DNA of 64,000 nt from a virus. The position numbers and the translations under genes were made by a program. The stretch is from IMG/VR virus record IMGVR_UViG_3300029811_000161; one strand, 5' to 3'. Of this stretch, positions 29,455 to 39,937 are shown in pieces; within the stretch, counting starts at the first letter, position 1; the number at the start of each line of letters is the position of its first letter. The notes beneath the pieces are model-generated. The model ran no database searches. It was given only the letters and a program-made list of their open reading frames with translations, and had not been told where the DNA came from.

Positions 29455-30526
29455 ATGGATCAAGTAACAAATCTACAGACACCGGTAAGCTCTAAAACCC
29501 GGGCGTGGTTGAAGGGATACAAAGAAGCCAAAGGACTCGACACGGTGGGCGCAGCGATCGCAGCACTCATCGATGAGTTTGTTGAACTTAAGGCGCATGT
29601 CGCGTTCCTCGAGGAGGACTGAAGCATGTTTATCACAACCGGATCGACTGTTGTCGTCCGTGGAAAGACCGACGATGATAAGTATCATCTCGTTCGTGTG
29701 TCGGAAACCTGTTTGATACCGGAAAGCGAAGAAGACCATGACGCAATCGAAGCGTTTGTCAGTCAACATGTGCCCATCATCGAAGAGATTGATGATGAGG
29801 AGTATGATGAAGAATACGCACCGGGATTGCCGGAGCCTGAGGACTGAAACCATGAAAGTGTTAAAGAAAGGTAATGTGAAGCAAACCAATGAGGGCGTGG
29901 AACTTACCGGATGGGAATTTGATGCCGAAGGTGGTGCAATCGACATCGAAATGATGGTTGATGCTGCAAAAGAAGCTATCGGGGAGGACGTGAAAGCATG
30001 ACAGACCTATCCAGATGGAAGCTATACACGGTCAAGACATTCAAAAGCCTGACATACGACTTGGTCAAGATGATCCAGAGCGGCGAGATCGCTTTCATCT
30101 GCAAGAACGCTCATGGAGTATCGTTGATCAGAACCGATCCAAACGCTCGGTGCGTACCGGTTGTTGACACGTCGAGAGGCGCGTTCGTAAGGGATTGCAC
30201 ACCACATCGGTGAGGGTTAGGAGGATTAAATCATGTCAACATGGTTTCCAGATAAAGAAACTGCATTATTAACCGGGATGTACTACGTAGGAAGGAAGGA
30301 TTTGTTTGAGAACGAAAAGCGTTCCATACAAGAGATCATCGATAGTGGCAATGCTAAAATCGTTGATGGTGAGATATCACAATTCGGACATGTTCACCAG
30401 GGATGTATGATGATTGAGTTCAACAATATGGATGGTGTTCCAGTGAGGGTCGCATCAACTGCCTTCAGAAATGGCTTTGATTGCTGGTTGATAGACCCAA
30501 AATCGGGCGCTTGTGTTAGGGTGTGA
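29455..30526 (+). other. Small ORFs (29455-29622 RHH-like, 29626-29847, ~29852-30001, 29998-30213, 30233-30526)
   Basis: SD-coupled run. Confidence 0.65.
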
Positions 30527-30529
30527 ATA

Positions 30530-30865
30530 ATGGCTCTAAAACATATTCTCGGGGCGGTGCCAGTGATCAAGATACTAGACTTCCTGCTTGACCACCGAGG
30601 ACATGACTACCCAAAAAACGAGATCGCAGAGTACGCAGACGTTGGGCAGGCAGACATGAAGCGGGACTTTCACTGTCTCATCGATTGTGAGATGGTTGTT
30701 GAGACCCGGAAGATTGGCGGAGTTCAACTCTACAAGCTCAACGACATCGATGAAGTCACCAAAGCATTAATCGACTTTGACGAGGCACTTACGGCTTACT
30801 GGTCGGAGAAGATCGCTGAAGAGGAGATCAATCTGCCATTGATCGATTTGGCGGTGAGTCCATGA
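30530..30865 (+). CDS. Archaeal winged-helix DNA-binding protein
   Basis: KILDFLL...EIAEYADVG...L..CEMV..TRKIGGVQLYKLN. Confidence 0.75.
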   Translation: MALKHILGAVPVIKILDFLLDHRGHDYPKNEIAEYADVGQADMKRDFHCLIDCEMVVETRKIGGVQLYKLNDIDEVTKALIDFDEALTAYWSEKIAEEEINLPLIDLAVSP

Positions 30866-31030
30866 CATCCATCGAAATGGAGCTCGGTGTGCAGGATCGA
30901 TCGTACACCATACAACACTTCGATCCCAGCGTGCATATCGAGATCCGAGGCGATCACGCGTTGGCGATGGAGGTTCTCAAACATCTCGACACATTTACGT
31001 CGCCAGCCGGACAGATCGAGGTGAAGTGAG

Positions 31031-31249
31031 ATGAAATGCGTACACTGCAACTCAACGTTTTATGCTGATGTCGAGCTTAACGCGTGGGATGCGTGCCCGA
31101 TATGCAGCAAGCGGATGCTTGGCTTCAAGGATGACGCGCTTGACTTTGGTGTCGAGGTGCTGTTACAGGATGTAAAGGCTATCGAGAAGAAGCTCTACTT
31201 GTTCAGAGAGCGATTGCGGCAAAATCGGAGTGATCAAGATGAAACTTGA
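31031..31249 (+). CDS. Zn-ribbon plus coiled-coil protein
   Basis: CVHC...CPIC. Confidence 0.65.
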   Translation: MKCVHCNSTFYADVELNAWDACPICSKRMLGFKDDALDFGVEVLLQDVKAIEKKLYLFRERLRQNRSDQDET

Positions 31250-31808
31250 ACGAGCGCAGAGGATTGCAGAATCGTTGAAGCACGACCTCGAACCATTCTG
31301 TCACCGAATCGAGATTGGTGGTTCAATTCGGCGAAAGAAGCCAGAAGTGAAAGACATCGAACTTGTGTGCATTCCAAAGTTCGGCGACTACCCGACCGGT
31401 CAGATGTCTTTGGAAGGCGATCCACTAACAAGCTACGAGAACCTGTTATTCGAGCACATCGCAGCGAACCGCGATGATAAGTACGGAATTCACAAGATGG
31501 GTGATAAGTATGCACAGATTGAAGTACACCATGATCATGCAACCGGGGTCAGACAATACATCAAGGTCGATGTCTTCACAGCAACGCAGGAAACATGGGG
31601 ATACATCTTCATGATCCGAACCGGACCCGCTGAGTTCTCGAAGTGGGTCGTGACTGAACTAAAACGGAAGGGATACGTACCGAAAGATGGCGCGGTCTGG
31701 TTAGGTGGTAAGCCAATACCAACGAGGGATGAAACCGATGTGTTCCACCTGCTTCAGATCTCTGATATTTACCCAGAATACCGATTTAAGGACGTGATGT
31801 GGAAATGA
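31239..31808 (+). CDS. polX: Minimal family X DNA polymerase (palm and thumb only)
   Basis: GGSIRRKKPEVKDIEL, KVDVF, FMIRTGPAEF, ETDVFHLL..P..R. Confidence 0.8.
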   Translation: MKLERAQRIAESLKHDLEPFCHRIEIGGSIRRKKPEVKDIELVCIPKFGDYPTGQMSLEGDPLTSYENLLFEHIAANRDDKYGIHKMGDKYAQIEVHHDHATGVRQYIKVDVFTATQETWGYIFMIRTGPAEFSKWVVTELKRKGYVPKDGAVWLGGKPIPTRDETDVFHLLQISDIYPEYRFKDVMWK

Positions 31809-32247
31809 CCGATTCAGGCGCATATTCAGATGCATGTACCGCATACACCACGGTCGTCGAGATGCTGCCTGCCGATACTGTCGCACAGATCAGCGACATG
31901 ATATCTCGGTCGTGGATATGGGAACCGCCGAAACCATCGCCGGAGATACATGAACCACCATCGATGCCGATGGTTATCGCGCCACACATCCAGACGAGGC
32001 GATGCAAACCGTTCAGCGGGCACAATTTCAGACTCGGTGGGAATAAGGAATGACATCGACGAACGTGTTCGGTGAAAGAATCTGCGACAAAAACTGCCCA
32101 GCATATTTCAACGACGAAGAGTGTCTTGAATTCTGCAACGCAAAGCTTGATCGTATCGGGCGTGTTGGGATGGTTGATGGCGAGGTGCAATACGGGATGC
32201 TGTGCGGCTTGCCAATCGGCTTCAAGATCGTCGTGGACAAAGAATGA
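31805..32247 (+). other. Two small ORFs (31805-32053; 32050-32247 Cys-rich)
   Basis: ATGA overlaps. Confidence 0.6.
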
Positions 32248-32930
32248 TCAAAGAACAAGTCGTGGAACTGACAGTGGATTATCGAGAGGCTCCGAGCGGA
32301 CTTATCGATGAACTTGTGGCTTATGAGTACACGACTTCAACGACACACGTTTCGACGAAAGTGACGACGGCACAACTCCCGGTTGGCGACGTCGTGTGCT
32401 CAGACAGAGTTTGCATCGAAAGGAAATCTTGTGCAGACTTTGTTGACTCGTTCATAAACCGGGATCTTTTCGGGCAGATTGCGGATCTCGCAAGAGCATA
32501 TCAAAAGCCAGTGGTGATTCTTGAGGGCGATTCAGTATTCGGTATTCGCGATGTGCACCCAGAGGCACTCCGGGGAGCCCTGTCGGCAGTTGGTGTTGGT
32601 TGGGGTATTCCTATCATCCCGACGAAGAGCGTTGAGCAGACGGCGTCTATGGCTGTCACGATCGCAAGGAAAGAACAGTTTAAGATGAAACGCTCAGTGT
32701 CGATGCATGGGAAAAGATCATCGATGACGATGCCACAGAGGCAGATCTACGTGGTAAGTTCAATCGGAGAAGGAGTTGGGCCCGTAGTGGCAGAAGCGTT
32801 GCTGAAACATTTCAATTCCATCGAGGCAGTCATGACAGCTTCCATCGATGAACTGATTGAAGTCGAAGGAATCGGGAAGCCAACGGCTGAGAAAATTAGA
32901 ATGATTGTTGGAGGCGAGTATAAGGCATGA
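32244..32930 (+). CDS. ERCC4/XPF (Hef-like) structure-specific nuclease with HhH domain
   Basis: VDYRE, LPVGD, IERKS..DF..S, LEG; HhH GVGP...VEGIGKPTA. Confidence 0.9.
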   Translation: MIKEQVVELTVDYREAPSGLIDELVAYEYTTSTTHVSTKVTTAQLPVGDVVCSDRVCIERKSCADFVDSFINRDLFGQIADLARAYQKPVVILEGDSVFGIRDVHPEALRGALSAVGVGWGIPIIPTKSVEQTASMAVTIARKEQFKMKRSVSMHGKRSSMTMPQRQIYVVSSIGEGVGPVVAEALLKHFNSIEAVMTASIDELIEVEGIGKPTAEKIRMIVGGEYKA

Positions 32931-33427
32931 TCAAATCAATACAATTCACCAAACCATTTATTAAGGCAACCTCGCCGTTATACCTTGAGCTTTTCGAGAG
33001 AAAACTCACCGAGGTGCTGCCGAAGTTCCCAGAACTCAACGCGGATTTGTTGCATGTTGGATTGACCAATGGATTCTGCATCAATGCGCTGGCACATACT
33101 CAAGACAGCAGCAGAATTAAGATTTCGTGGAATCCAGTACATGCTCCTTACTACTTCACGATGGGGCACGAATTGACTCATTTCGTGCAAGAGATTTCAG
33201 ATGATGTACCACATGGTGAGACGCAATGTGATATCTGGACGATTGTACGGGATCGAATGTTTTTAGACCGACCGCCGGGGTATTTGCCTATGCCAAAAAC
33301 AGTGCGGGATAATTGGGGAGCACATGCTGATATGGTACGAGGGTTATGCATCGAGGCTATATCACAACGTAAAAACGGGATGCGTAGATACATCGTTTGG
33401 CTTAGAAAAGAGATGAGGAAACTGTGA
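32927..33427 (+). CDS. HExxH metallopeptidase-like protein
   Basis: MGHELTHFVQ, downstream E.QCD. Confidence 0.6.
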   Translation: MIKSIQFTKPFIKATSPLYLELFERKLTEVLPKFPELNADLLHVGLTNGFCINALAHTQDSSRIKISWNPVHAPYYFTMGHELTHFVQEISDDVPHGETQCDIWTIVRDRMFLDRPPGYLPMPKTVRDNWGAHADMVRGLCIEAISQRKNGMRRYIVWLRKEMRKL

Positions 33428-33786
33428 TGACGCTTAGTTTTATGATCAAGCGTAAGTACCTTGCCCAAAAGGTCGCCGAGCAAGAGGAAACCGGAACTTT
33501 CCACGAACGCCGAGCGTATAAACCATACTGGCGTGCTCGGATCGGATCGGTGAACCGGTATACATTCGTGTCATCTTATAAATTGGGACGTTTTGATCGC
33601 CGAGCGGTCTTTCTTTGTGGACGATACGCATTTGTAGCGGATATTCTGAACATCACCATCGATGAAACGCCACCCAGTATCGAGGATGTTGTGGCGAGCA
33701 AGTTCTGCTACAACATCGAATGCAAGTTCTTGAGCAGCGAGCTTGAAGGGTTGTCAATGTTTTTAACGGATAACACCGGAGATTAA
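33424..33786 (+). CDS. ASCH/PUA-like protein (tentative)
   Basis: LSFMIKRKY...ERRAYKPYWRARI...VFLCGR. Confidence 0.5.
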   Translation: MMTLSFMIKRKYLAQKVAEQEETGTFHERRAYKPYWRARIGSVNRYTFVSSYKLGRFDRRAVFLCGRYAFVADILNITIDETPPSIEDVVASKFCYNIECKFLSSELEGLSMFLTDNTGD

Positions 33787-33893
33787 AACCATGAACGAAT
33801 CGAAATACAGCAGATACCAGAACAGACACGACATCGAAGAAAACCGATTATGGGATTACCACATAGTCGGAGAGGCACTGCCGGAGGTCAACG

Positions 33894-34049
33894 ATGGAAT
33901 ATAGAGCAACGGTCGGCATCGATGATTGTAAAAGCTGCGGTGCACGATTGGCATTCACACCAAACATCGGCGAGGAAGCAGAGTGCCCGAACTGTCATAC
34001 GGTACACGAGATCATCGCGGGTGGATTGCTTAGATTGAAGTCACTGTAA
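33894..34049 (+). CDS. Zn-ribbon microprotein, 51 aa
   Basis: MEYRATVGIDDCKSCGARL...AECPNCHTVHEI; GGAGG SD. Confidence 0.65.
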   Translation: MEYRATVGIDDCKSCGARLAFTPNIGEEAECPNCHTVHEIIAGGLLRLKSL

Positions 34050-34484
34050 TGGAACGGTAAATAATGAAACACGCAGAATGTATAGATTGTGAAAATCGCA
34101 AAGTGGTCATTACTGGATACATGTCTGGATGTAACGACTGTGTTTTTAGGAATTGTTGTGATGGAAGTACGCATTATCAAAAAAGAACATCGCAAACAGT
34201 TTATCGTTGAAAGTGGTGGAGACAACGAACGCGTTGCGTTCTCTACCGTAAACGTAGGAGCCTCTACCCAACCTGCACATACCGGGGTTTGTGCTCGGCG
34301 ATGTAGCGATCAACACACCGACGCAAGACCTCTGTCATCTTTTCACCGTGTTGAACACAAAGACCGTGGAATTTCCTTTTTGTCTCCTCATCGATGATCA
34401 CCGGGATCGTTGTTGTGTCGCCTTTCATTTTTTAGACTTTTGTATGTTTATACATATAAGCTTTTGTTGTTTTATATGATGACC

Positions 34485-34492
34485 TTTATATA
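34485..34492 (+). promoter_or_regulatory. TATA box of the structural operon
   Basis: TTTATATA after T-rich tracts, about 50 nt before the capsid candidate. Confidence 0.6.
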
Positions 34493-34526
34493 GTATTGTT
34501 TCAAGACGTTTATCACAACCCAAAAA

Positions 34527-35705
34527 GTGTGGGAGTGTGATAAAATCGGAGAACTATTAGACATCCGGAAAAGAGATTTTGCGTTTGACTTGGCGACGTC
34601 GCCATATCTAACAGCAGGATCATCGATAGCGTCGGGTGACACAAACACCGATGACGCGTATGAACTCGACAACGATTCGGTGTTGGAGCTTGCGGGCATC
34701 GAATTGATAGGACCGGTGACGGTTGGTAGTGTAAGACAGAAGATCGAATCCATCAAGATCAAAGTTGATGGCGAGGAGATCTCGGACATCGTGTTCAACG
34801 AACTGATGTGTCCAGCATACAACCGTGCAACCGAGACAAGATACCCATTCTTCGGTGGCGCAGGTAAGTATGCTAACCAGCCAGAAGGATTCTGCTTCAA
34901 CCTTGGCGTACCGTTGTTGATGGGTGGATCACCTCTTGATGCATGTCCGAAGGTTGGACCTAAGGAGACGCTGGCATTCGAGGTGAAAGCACCACCCGAT
35001 GCTGAGGGTGGCGAGACGATCAACGAGAATTTGATCATACGTGCTTCACTCGTCGAGGCGAAGACAATCGAGGTTGTCGATAGAGTGCTGGCTGAGTACG
35101 GGACCGTCGCGGCTGGTGCGATTGATCAGTCCTTCTCGATACGCGACTTGTCAGGAAACAGAACTCTGTCAGTCACCAAGACCGTGCCACTTGCTCTGAA
35201 TAAGTGGACATCGTTATATGGTGGCGAGGCTGCCGCGAAGCCATACGTGAAGAACTACATCGTGTACGCGCAGAACAACCAAGCAACAACTGCTAACACC
35301 GCGTATCGGTTCACGCGTGATGGTAGGAACGTGCTGCGGGACTTCATGGATCTTGGCTGGAATCTTGACAAAGACGAAGCCATCCGGATCACCCGGGTCG
35401 GTGTTGTTGAGCACACGAACATCGAGTCAATGAGGATATGGGTGTCTGGACGCGAGACTCCTGGGAACGATTACCACGTTGTGAACGAAACCGAGAACAT
35501 GTTCCCGATGCCACTGGACTCGAATGCCGCGAACGCGACGTATGTTGGTCCAGCGGAGCTTCCGAGAGCCGAGCTTCTGTGGAACCAGAAAGCATACTTG
35601 GAGCTCAAAGACGACGGCACATCGGTGCCAGCGTGGGCAACCGGTCCAGTGAAAGGCGCGATGGTCATGTTGATGGGCAAGAAGTTTGAAGGACTGGAGG
35701 AATAA
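34527..35705 (+). CDS. Putative double jelly-roll-like major capsid protein
   Basis: About 390 aa, beta-strand-rich, two apparent domains, no TM or signal peptide; heads the late-type operon; fold inferred, not verified. Confidence 0.5.
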   Translation: MWECDKIGELLDIRKRDFAFDLATSPYLTAGSSIASGDTNTDDAYELDNDSVLELAGIELIGPVTVGSVRQKIESIKIKVDGEEISDIVFNELMCPAYNRATETRYPFFGGAGKYANQPEGFCFNLGVPLLMGGSPLDACPKVGPKETLAFEVKAPPDAEGGETINENLIIRASLVEAKTIEVVDRVLAEYGTVAAGAIDQSFSIRDLSGNRTLSVTKTVPLALNKWTSLYGGEAAAKPYVKNYIVYAQNNQATTANTAYRFTRDGRNVLRDFMDLGWNLDKDEAIRITRVGVVEHTNIESMRIWVSGRETPGNDYHVVNETENMFPMPLDSNAANATYVGPAELPRAELLWNQKAYLELKDDGTSVPAWATGPVKGAMVMLMGKKFEGLEE

Positions 35706-35707
35706 GC

Positions 35708-36007
35708 ATGGCACAAATAACCTTTGAGGTTGCTGTTGAGCAGACCACTGGTGATGTAGCCGCGGATGCAACGACAAGTGGACCGATCCAGATACCACAG
35801 TGGGCACCCGACATCGCATACATATCAACGACAACTGTGCATGACCATCAGTCGATATTGCTGGCTACAACTGGTGATATTATTCCACTTAGTCCAGACG
35901 GTGGGTATAACACCCGATGCTTTGGTCTAAAGACAGGTAGACACATGGAAGCCGGCAAGTTGATAACAATCGAATATCAAGCCGTTGGAGAGCTTGTAAG
36001 GACATAG
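35708..36007 (+). CDS. Small putative virion protein ending AVGELVRT
   Basis: Beta-rich; same C-terminal octapeptide as the next ORF. Confidence 0.6.
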   Translation: MAQITFEVAVEQTTGDVAADATTSGPIQIPQWAPDIAYISTTTVHDHQSILLATTGDIIPLSPDGGYNTRCFGLKTGRHMEAGKLITIEYQAVGELVRT

Positions 36008-36015
36008 GTGATACG

Positions 36016-36261
36016 ATGAGAATAGTAGACATAATGTTGGATACGACATGGACAGCGAGTACGAGTATCATACCGCTTCCGGATGGGATGGCTGACATTG
36101 CAGATGTGCCGACAACTCAATACTTGATTGGTATTGATCAAGTCCAAGAGGTACATGTTGTCAGGAACGATGCGGATGGTGTGCAGCTCGGGCAACTGGG
36201 TGTGAAGTACAACATCCTGCAACTGCGATACCGCGCAGTGGGTGAGTTGGTTCGCACTTAG
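36016..36261 (+). CDS. Small putative virion protein ending AVGELVRT
   Basis: Shares C-terminal motif with previous ORF. Confidence 0.6.
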   Translation: MRIVDIMLDTTWTASTSIIPLPDGMADIADVPTTQYLIGIDQVQEVHVVRNDADGVQLGQLGVKYNILQLRYRAVGELVRT

Positions 36262-36283
36262 GAGAGGTTCAAAACCTCTCTTT

Positions 36284-37201
36284 TCATTTTTTGAACCATT
36301 CGATGGTTTTATTTAAACCATCATCGAAGCTTGTTTTATAATCGAATCCAAGCAACATTAGCTTGTGATTATTGATGTCGAATGTGTTTTGCTCGTCGAG
36401 TTTCCAATCCTCATAAATAATATCACAAGTATGTTCACAAATCGACATTATCTTGTCAGCGAGTTCTTTGACTGTGGTATTGGTGCCAGATGCAACATTG
36501 AACACCTCGCCAAAACTTTTGTGATTGCATGCGACGAGCATATTGGCATCCACGACATCATCAACATAAGTAAACACTCGTTGCTGGCTACCATCTCCGA
36601 ATATTGTGATCGGGGCGCTGTTCAATATCCGATGTATAAATATCGACACGACACCACCAACATCTGACCAGTCTTGTCTCGGTCCATACACATGATGATA
36701 TCGCAGCACCGTCCAATCGATGTTATTCAGATCACCGAATACTTTGACATATTGCTCGCCAGCAAGTTTGCTTATCCCATAGTACGATTTTGGGTTTACC
36801 GGGTGTGTCTCATCGGTGGGGTAATATTGTGCATCGCCATACACAGATCCAGTCGATGCATGAATAATCCGGTTGCACCCGTGTTCAACCATTGCTTTGA
36901 GAACATTCAGCGTGCCGATCCCATTAACCTCCATATCCCGGCATGGATCAGCGAGACATACGGTTTTCTTCGATGCTGCATTGTGAAACACAACGTCGAT
37001 GTCTTCAAAACACAACGAGATCTCGTCATATTTAGAAACATCCGCCTTGACAAAGTTGGCGTTTGGATCAATCCTTTTACCAACTGACAAGTCGTCGATC
37101 GCAGTGACTTCCCAACCAGAGCAGATCAGTCTATCGGTGATATGGCTTCCTATAAAGCCTGCTGCTCCAGTGACGATTGCTTTTTTATTGATTTGTGGCA
37201 T
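36284..37201 (-). CDS. NAD-dependent epimerase/dehydratase (extended SDR)
   Basis: TGAAGFIG, ASTGSVYG, YGISK, RYHHVYGPRQ. Confidence 0.92.
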   Translation of the reverse strand: MPQINKKAIVTGAAGFIGSHITDRLICSGWEVTAIDDLSVGKRIDPNANFVKADVSKYDEISLCFEDIDVVFHNAASKKTVCLADPCRDMEVNGIGTLNVLKAMVEHGCNRIIHASTGSVYGDAQYYPTDETHPVNPKSYYGISKLAGEQYVKVFGDLNNIDWTVLRYHHVYGPRQDWSDVGGVVSIFIHRILNSAPITIFGDGSQQRVFTYVDDVVDANMLVACNHKSFGEVFNVASGTNTTVKELADKIMSICEHTCDIIYEDWKLDEQNTFDINNHKLMLLGFDYKTSFDDGLNKTIEWFKK

Positions 37202-37223
37202 AATCGGTTAGGCTGTTCCATTG

Positions 37224-38357
37224 TTATATGCTGAAATATGATCCATTTTGCATATACACCTCGTCCCAGTATCTGATCATCTTAACGCCCCATTTTACAT
37301 CGTCCTGTGTATCGGTGATCTGTTCACCCATCGCCAGTTTAACGGCGTTGTACACCATGTTAATGCCTGCCGCCGTGCACAAGACGATGGTTCCCTGTAC
37401 CCGCGGGTTAGATTCTATTATTTTTGGCACGCCGTCGGAATCCAGCTTGAATTGCAATCCTATATTCCCATGAAGTCTGAGTTGTTCAACAATTTTTTTA
37501 GAATGTTCAATGATTTCTTCATTGTTCTCGGTAACACCAACAAAACTTATACCGCCTTTTACCTTATCTCTGGATCTTGGAATAACAATTGTTGTTGTCC
37601 CGGTGTCAGCAAGAACATCGACCGAATACTCTTTTCCAGGAAGATACTCCATAACCAAGAGTTCGGGAAAAGGCACCACGTTTGGGTGAAGAGAGTAATA
37701 CTTTTTATTAATGTGTTTCCATCTGCCCGATATGCATGGGCCCAAGTCTTTAAGAGTTGCAGCTATTCCATTTAAATTTGTAAAAACATTGGTCGGTTTG
37801 TGATTTAGTAACATGTCCAAGCAATCGATGTTTTCATCTATGATTCTGAAACCGCGTGAACCATTTGATATGGGTGGCTTAAAACAGACCGGAACGTTTG
37901 GATAACCAAGATCGAATACCGCTTTTTCAAATTCATCCCACGATCGTGTTTTACGAAAATGCGGTGTTGGCACATCGATTTTCTCACATATACGCATAAG
38001 ATCGTATTTGTTGTTTGCTGAATGTAATCCACCGGGGCTTGACACAAGTACCTTTACATCAATCTCCGCAAATCCCGACTTGTTTTTCGCGAACTCCATC
38101 GACTCGTTTGTGACCAGCGGCATCACCACATCCACATCTTCTTTTTCACATATTTCCATAATTCGCGGTATAAAAGCATCGGATGTTGCTTTTTCTCCTA
38201 TGTACCATTTATCAACCATCGCAAAGCCGGATGATTCCGAATCCATGTCAACTCCGATTATCCTTATTTTTCTGTCATCGGCCGTCCGCAGGCTTTTGAT
38301 GATGCCGGGCGCACCCGGAGCTCCAGCACCGGTAATGAGAACTATTAGATCACCCAT
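37224..38357 (-). CDS. ATP-grasp enzyme
   Basis: ITGAGAPG, KPPISNGSRG, MEYLPGKEYSVD, IESNPR. Confidence 0.9.
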   Translation of the reverse strand: MGDLIVLITGAGAPGAPGIIKSLRTADDRKIRIIGVDMDSESSGFAMVDKWYIGEKATSDAFIPRIMEICEKEDVDVVMPLVTNESMEFAKNKSGFAEIDVKVLVSSPGGLHSANNKYDLMRICEKIDVPTPHFRKTRSWDEFEKAVFDLGYPNVPVCFKPPISNGSRGFRIIDENIDCLDMLLNHKPTNVFTNLNGIAATLKDLGPCISGRWKHINKKYYSLHPNVVPFPELLVMEYLPGKEYSVDVLADTGTTTIVIPRSRDKVKGGISFVGVTENNEEIIEHSKKIVEQLRLHGNIGLQFKLDSDGVPKIIESNPRVQGTIVLCTAAGINMVYNAVKLAMGEQITDTQDDVKWGVKMIRYWDEVYMQNGSYFSI

Positions 38358-38989
38358 CGTATCACCTCGAACGCTTCTGCATACTCTTCATTTATTTGCA
38401 CTCCTCTCGTCTTCGCAAGACCCTTTATAAAATCTTCATTTAGGTAGTTACGGTACATCTGCGTTTTATATTCTTTCAACGCATCTATTTTCTTCTGCAC
38501 ATGTCGTTCCTTAAGCGATACAAAAGAAGAGGTGTTAAAGCTTATATTGTTCCACGGTTCTTCATATCCCAGCAACGTTGCCATCTTAAATGCCCTGCAT
38601 CCTTCATCAGCAATTGTCTTGTGATCTTGGTGGAGGTCGTTTAAAGAGGGAATAAAAACTAATGTGGGTTCCAATTCCTTTTTTAACCTGATAAGGTCTT
38701 CGAGGATTTCTTGACGGTGATATGAGAATGTTCTGACCTTATATCGGTATATGAGTAAATGATCTTCTGAAACTCCAAGAATTTTCATCGCTCGTTTGAC
38801 TTCTATCTCCAGTTCATTCTTTGGGAACTCTTCTGGAACGGATTCTCCTGCTACTGAAAATGCCGCGTAATAAACATCCCCACCCTCCTCGATGAATCTC
38901 GCTATCGCCCCCCCACAGCCAAGCTCTCCATCATCCGTATGTGGAGCAATAACTAATATTTTTGAGTGAATCGTTTGTTTCACCACCAT
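38345..38989 (-). CDS. PIG-L/LmbE family deacetylase
   Basis: APHTDDGELGCGG, HQDH, YKTQ. Confidence 0.9.
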   Translation of the reverse strand: MVVKQTIHSKILVIAPHTDDGELGCGGAIARFIEEGGDVYYAAFSVAGESVPEEFPKNELEIEVKRAMKILGVSEDHLLIYRYKVRTFSYHRQEILEDLIRLKKELEPTLVFIPSLNDLHQDHKTIADEGCRAFKMATLLGYEEPWNNISFNTSSFVSLKERHVQKKIDALKEYKTQMYRNYLNEDFIKGLAKTRGVQINEEYAEAFEVIRWVI

Positions 38990-38990
38990 A

Positions 38991-39935
38991 TCATTGATTA
39001 GCAACGTGATCGATTAACTTATCCCATTGTTTTGCTACGTGCTCGGGTGTGTGGTGTTTCATAACATATTCGTGTCCTTCTTTGCCAAGAGCATCGATGA
39101 TTTCTGGATTTTCAATGACCCGTTTAACCTTGTCATACAATGCTTGCCGAGTTTGGATGTTCACAATAGGCAAGTCTGGACATGTAGAAAAAACCCAATT
39201 ATTAAGCTTCGATAGAACAGCGTGATTTAAGTACATACTTTCGATTGCACTGTTTGCATAGCTTGGAGTTAAGAATTGGTCAAACGTCAAATTGCACAGC
39301 GCCTTTGTTTCAACTGATTCTCTCCACGATTTGCCAGAAATCATGACATGAGAAATCTCATCGCCGAATTCGCTGGCCAATTTATTAATTGCCCATCCAA
39401 ACTCATCGACTCCCTTCTCTTTTTTGGTTGGAGAAAAACAGATTTTTATACCGCCGTTTGGTGGGTTTGGTTCCGGCATTTTATCGATTGGACAGATGTA
39501 ATCAACGGGGGCAATGCGGCCGATCAATTTGTAAAGTGTCCAATCATAAACCGGTCCTGCAAACACGGTGTTATTCTTAATCCACGATGTTAGGTACTTA
39601 TTGCTACGTGACCGAGAAATGGCTCCGGCTGTACGAATTATCATATTCGATGGGTTTATTTTGTTGTACACATGCAAGCGATCTAAAACGCTTTTGATAT
39701 CCGATGGAAAAACTTCAGAGAATACGAAGAAATCACAGTTCTCAACCTCATCGATGAGTTCTCTAAATATCTTGTAATCTGTTATTTCAGGCAGTTTCAC
39801 ATCGGCATCATAGTCGAGGTACGATTGCTGGGCACTGATGTGGAGGGCATCATGTTTTGTGTATCTACGGAGGGCTTCGGCAAGATTTTGTAGCTGTTGC
39901 CCATTATCCAACAGACTTACACATAGAACATTCAT
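38991..39935 (-). CDS. GT-B (GT4-like) glycosyltransferase
   Basis: FSPTKKEKG, DQF..SYANSAIESM, C-terminal LGKEGHEYVMKHH. Confidence 0.7.
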   Translation of the reverse strand: MNVLCVSLLDNGQQLQNLAEALRRYTKHDALHISAQQSYLDYDADVKLPEITDYKIFRELIDEVENCDFFVFSEVFPSDIKSVLDRLHVYNKINPSNMIIRTAGAISRSRSNKYLTSWIKNNTVFAGPVYDWTLYKLIGRIAPVDYICPIDKMPEPNPPNGGIKICFSPTKKEKGVDEFGWAINKLASEFGDEISHVMISGKSWRESVETKALCNLTFDQFLTPSYANSAIESMYLNHAVLSKLNNWVFSTCPDLPIVNIQTRQALYDKVKRVIENPEIIDALGKEGHEYVMKHHTPEHVAKQWDKLIDHVANQ

Positions 39936-39937
39936 AA

